Positions 62,163 through 64,000 of a DNA stretch of 64,000 nucleotides are shown one piece after another. The notes under the pieces are model-generated. The model was given only the letters and a program-made list of their open reading frames with translations. It searched no databases and had not been told where the DNA came from. Source of the stretch: Dudresnaya verticillata (taxonomy: Eukaryota); contig OZ374562.1 of assembly GCA_977862235.1 (NCBI GenBank), positions 2,046,001-2,110,000 of the forward strand. Direction: 5' to 3'. How positions within the stretch are numbered: position 1 is the first letter of the stretch; every line of letters begins with the position of its first letter. A program made the position numbers and the translations under genes.

Positions 62163-64000
62163 TTAACGCCGGAAGTAGAGGTCAGCGTACTCGCCTGGCC
62201 GAGAAGAGTAGGGCATCGGAGACCTTGATCCCGCTGCCCCACCAGCATCCGACGAAGGGTCGGCCGTGCGTGGTAAGAATGGGCTGGCCGCGGGAAGAGA
62301 CATGGAAGGCGTGCCAGCCATACTAGAACGCGGAGCCGCCACCGGGGTGCCAGGGACCGAGGGCCCCGCACGAGCGGGCTCAGGTTGATAATCGGACGGC
62401 CGAGGCGCAACGCGACTTTGGCCGTAAGGGACATCAAAGACTTGAGCCGGAGTTGTAGGAGCCTGGGTCGGTGTAGCAGCTCCCGGCGTCCCAGCAAAGT
62501 TGGGCATCATGGGAACATTGGCCGACAGTTGCTGATTGGGATGATAGTGAGACGGAAATTGGCCAAACGATGGAGCGGCCAGTGCCCTCATGGAAGCCAG
62601 CTGGTGGAAGCTGCGGTTGCGCTCCAAGTCCAGTAGCGTCTGCTGCTGATGGGCCGAGTCGCACCAACGGTCGCGCTGGCGCCTCCACTCCTCGCCCTGC
62701 TCCTTCTGCATGGCCAACTTATCCTGGGCATCCCGGTTAACACCGTTGAGTCGGTTCAGTTCTCGTTTCAAGTCGGCCAACTCTTCTTCGAGCTTATCAC
62801 TAACGGCCTTATCCGCATCTAGATAACGTCGATAGCGTGCAATATCGGCCAAGTCCTTCTCCCGCATCTCCCCGAATCGGCGGATGCATTGGTCCAGTTG
62901 GCGTAAGATAGTCACCAACGGGGCTTGGTTCAAATGGCCCCTGACACTAAGCTCGGCCACAAGTCGAGGATGCGGCTGGAGAGTTTGCGGCCGAATGATG
63001 GAAGCTTCGTTGGCCACTTCCACGCCGAAGCTGCTACCGTGGCGGAAGGTAATCTGCTTACCCCAATCGAAACCACAGTACGGCGCGTCTTGCGACCCAC
63101 GGCGAGAAAACAAGTGGAGACGGTGACGGACAGCATCGGCCAACTTGTCGTAGAGGTCCACCACGTCCGGCCAATACACATCGTTGTACAAGTGCTGGTG
63201 TGCGGGGTTCACCGGAAGCGAAGGGAGATCCTTAATGGCCGAAACTCTCTTCTCAATACTCTGAAGGGGCATCCACAACATCCGCTTGGAAGCTTGTGCT
63301 TCGTATCGGAAAAACATAGCGGCCATAACATGAATCTCCCTAGTCTTGATCTGCCGCAAGTAACCGCACCAATCCACTTCAGTCGGCCGTGTGTTGTACT
63401 GATGAACGAAGTAATAGGCCGTGGGACTCAACAAAGGACACTCGCCAGCAGTCGGCCATTCAGACCAAAGGAAGGCCGGAATTGATGGGAAGGTAGTCAC
63501 AGGCGGCCAGAAACACTGTTGCCCACGACCACCGGCCAAGTAGATGTAGCAACCGGTCGTCTGATGAGCAACCCAGTCGGCCGGCGCAATCACGCGACGT
63601 AAGTCCGTGCTGGCCCACTTCGCACTACGCACCACGGCCTGATCTGCACGGTCCAACATCCAAGACTGCGGGAAGGAATGCCACCAAGTCAACATATATT
63701 ACATCACGGAACTTCGGCCGGTAAGCGTAAGCCAAGCTTGATGGACCAGCAAGACGTCGCCCATGTTGAGTAGGAAGGCGCGGTCGCATCCAATCTCCCA
63801 TGGCACCCAATATAAGTGGCCGCCAGCGCGCGAAGAACGGAACTGGCGCCAATTGTCGGCCAGGTTGTCGGGACTCTCACGAAGACGAACCATATCCAGT
63901 TTCGGCGAAGTAGCCACCAGCTCCGTGTAGTTGATGTAAACTCTCGGAAACTTCGGCCATATGGACATGTCGGGCAAACTCGCGTCCAGTCGCAACTCTG
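62163..64000 (-). pseudogene. Antisense accessory ORF of element C (more than 600 aa, one in-frame stop at 63699-63701; start at or beyond the window edge)
   Basis: ORFs 63699-63995 and 62163-63695 share a frame; aromatic-rich domain, coiled-coil-like segment, P/Q/S-rich tail. Confidence 0.82.

Larger units (their letters stand above)
52449..64000 (+). mobile_element. Chromodomain Ty3/Gypsy LTR retrotransposon C with an antisense ORF; runs off the right edge
   Basis: LTR TGTGGTAT...ATACTACA, PBS, gag, PR-RT-RH-IN-chromo, antisense ORF. Confidence 0.93.

Noticed and set aside
62163..63995. Antisense ORF as a GGCC/YGGCCR DNA methyltransferase or nuclease
   Set aside because: No FxGxG, PCQ, ENV, NPPY/DPPY or clear PD-(D/E)xK motif visible

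Overview
Eukaryotic, gene-poor window made almost entirely of nested transposable elements. A red-algal origin is inferred from the style of the elements and is not proven. No intact host gene, rRNA, tRNA or CRISPR array is supported. Contents: (1) Three related chromodomain-type Ty3/Gypsy LTR retrotransposons sharing a tRNA-Tyr-like PBS: A (1985-15377, complete, TSD ACCAA, decayed ORFs), B (minus strand, host of A, runs off the left edge) and C (from 52449, runs off the right edge). (2) A pogo-like Tc1/mariner element (15771-18630) and a PIF/Harbinger element (48123-51505). (3) Two Copia-type remnants, one with a Tudor-like domain after integrase. (4) A decayed DIRS-like RT-RNaseH-tyrosine recombinase element. 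(5) A Plavaka-like transposase fragment and about ten solo LTRs. Most interesting: A and C each carry a large extra antisense ORF between integrase and the 3' LTR. These two ORFs and a third decayed orphan copy (35.8-38.7 kb) share a conserved aromatic-rich domain I cannot assign. Element C is also saturated with the palindrome YGGCCR, and element B is enriched for CGGAGT. Together this suggests, as a hypothesis only, a family-specific accessory protein plus self-motif system. All counts and alignments were done by eye.
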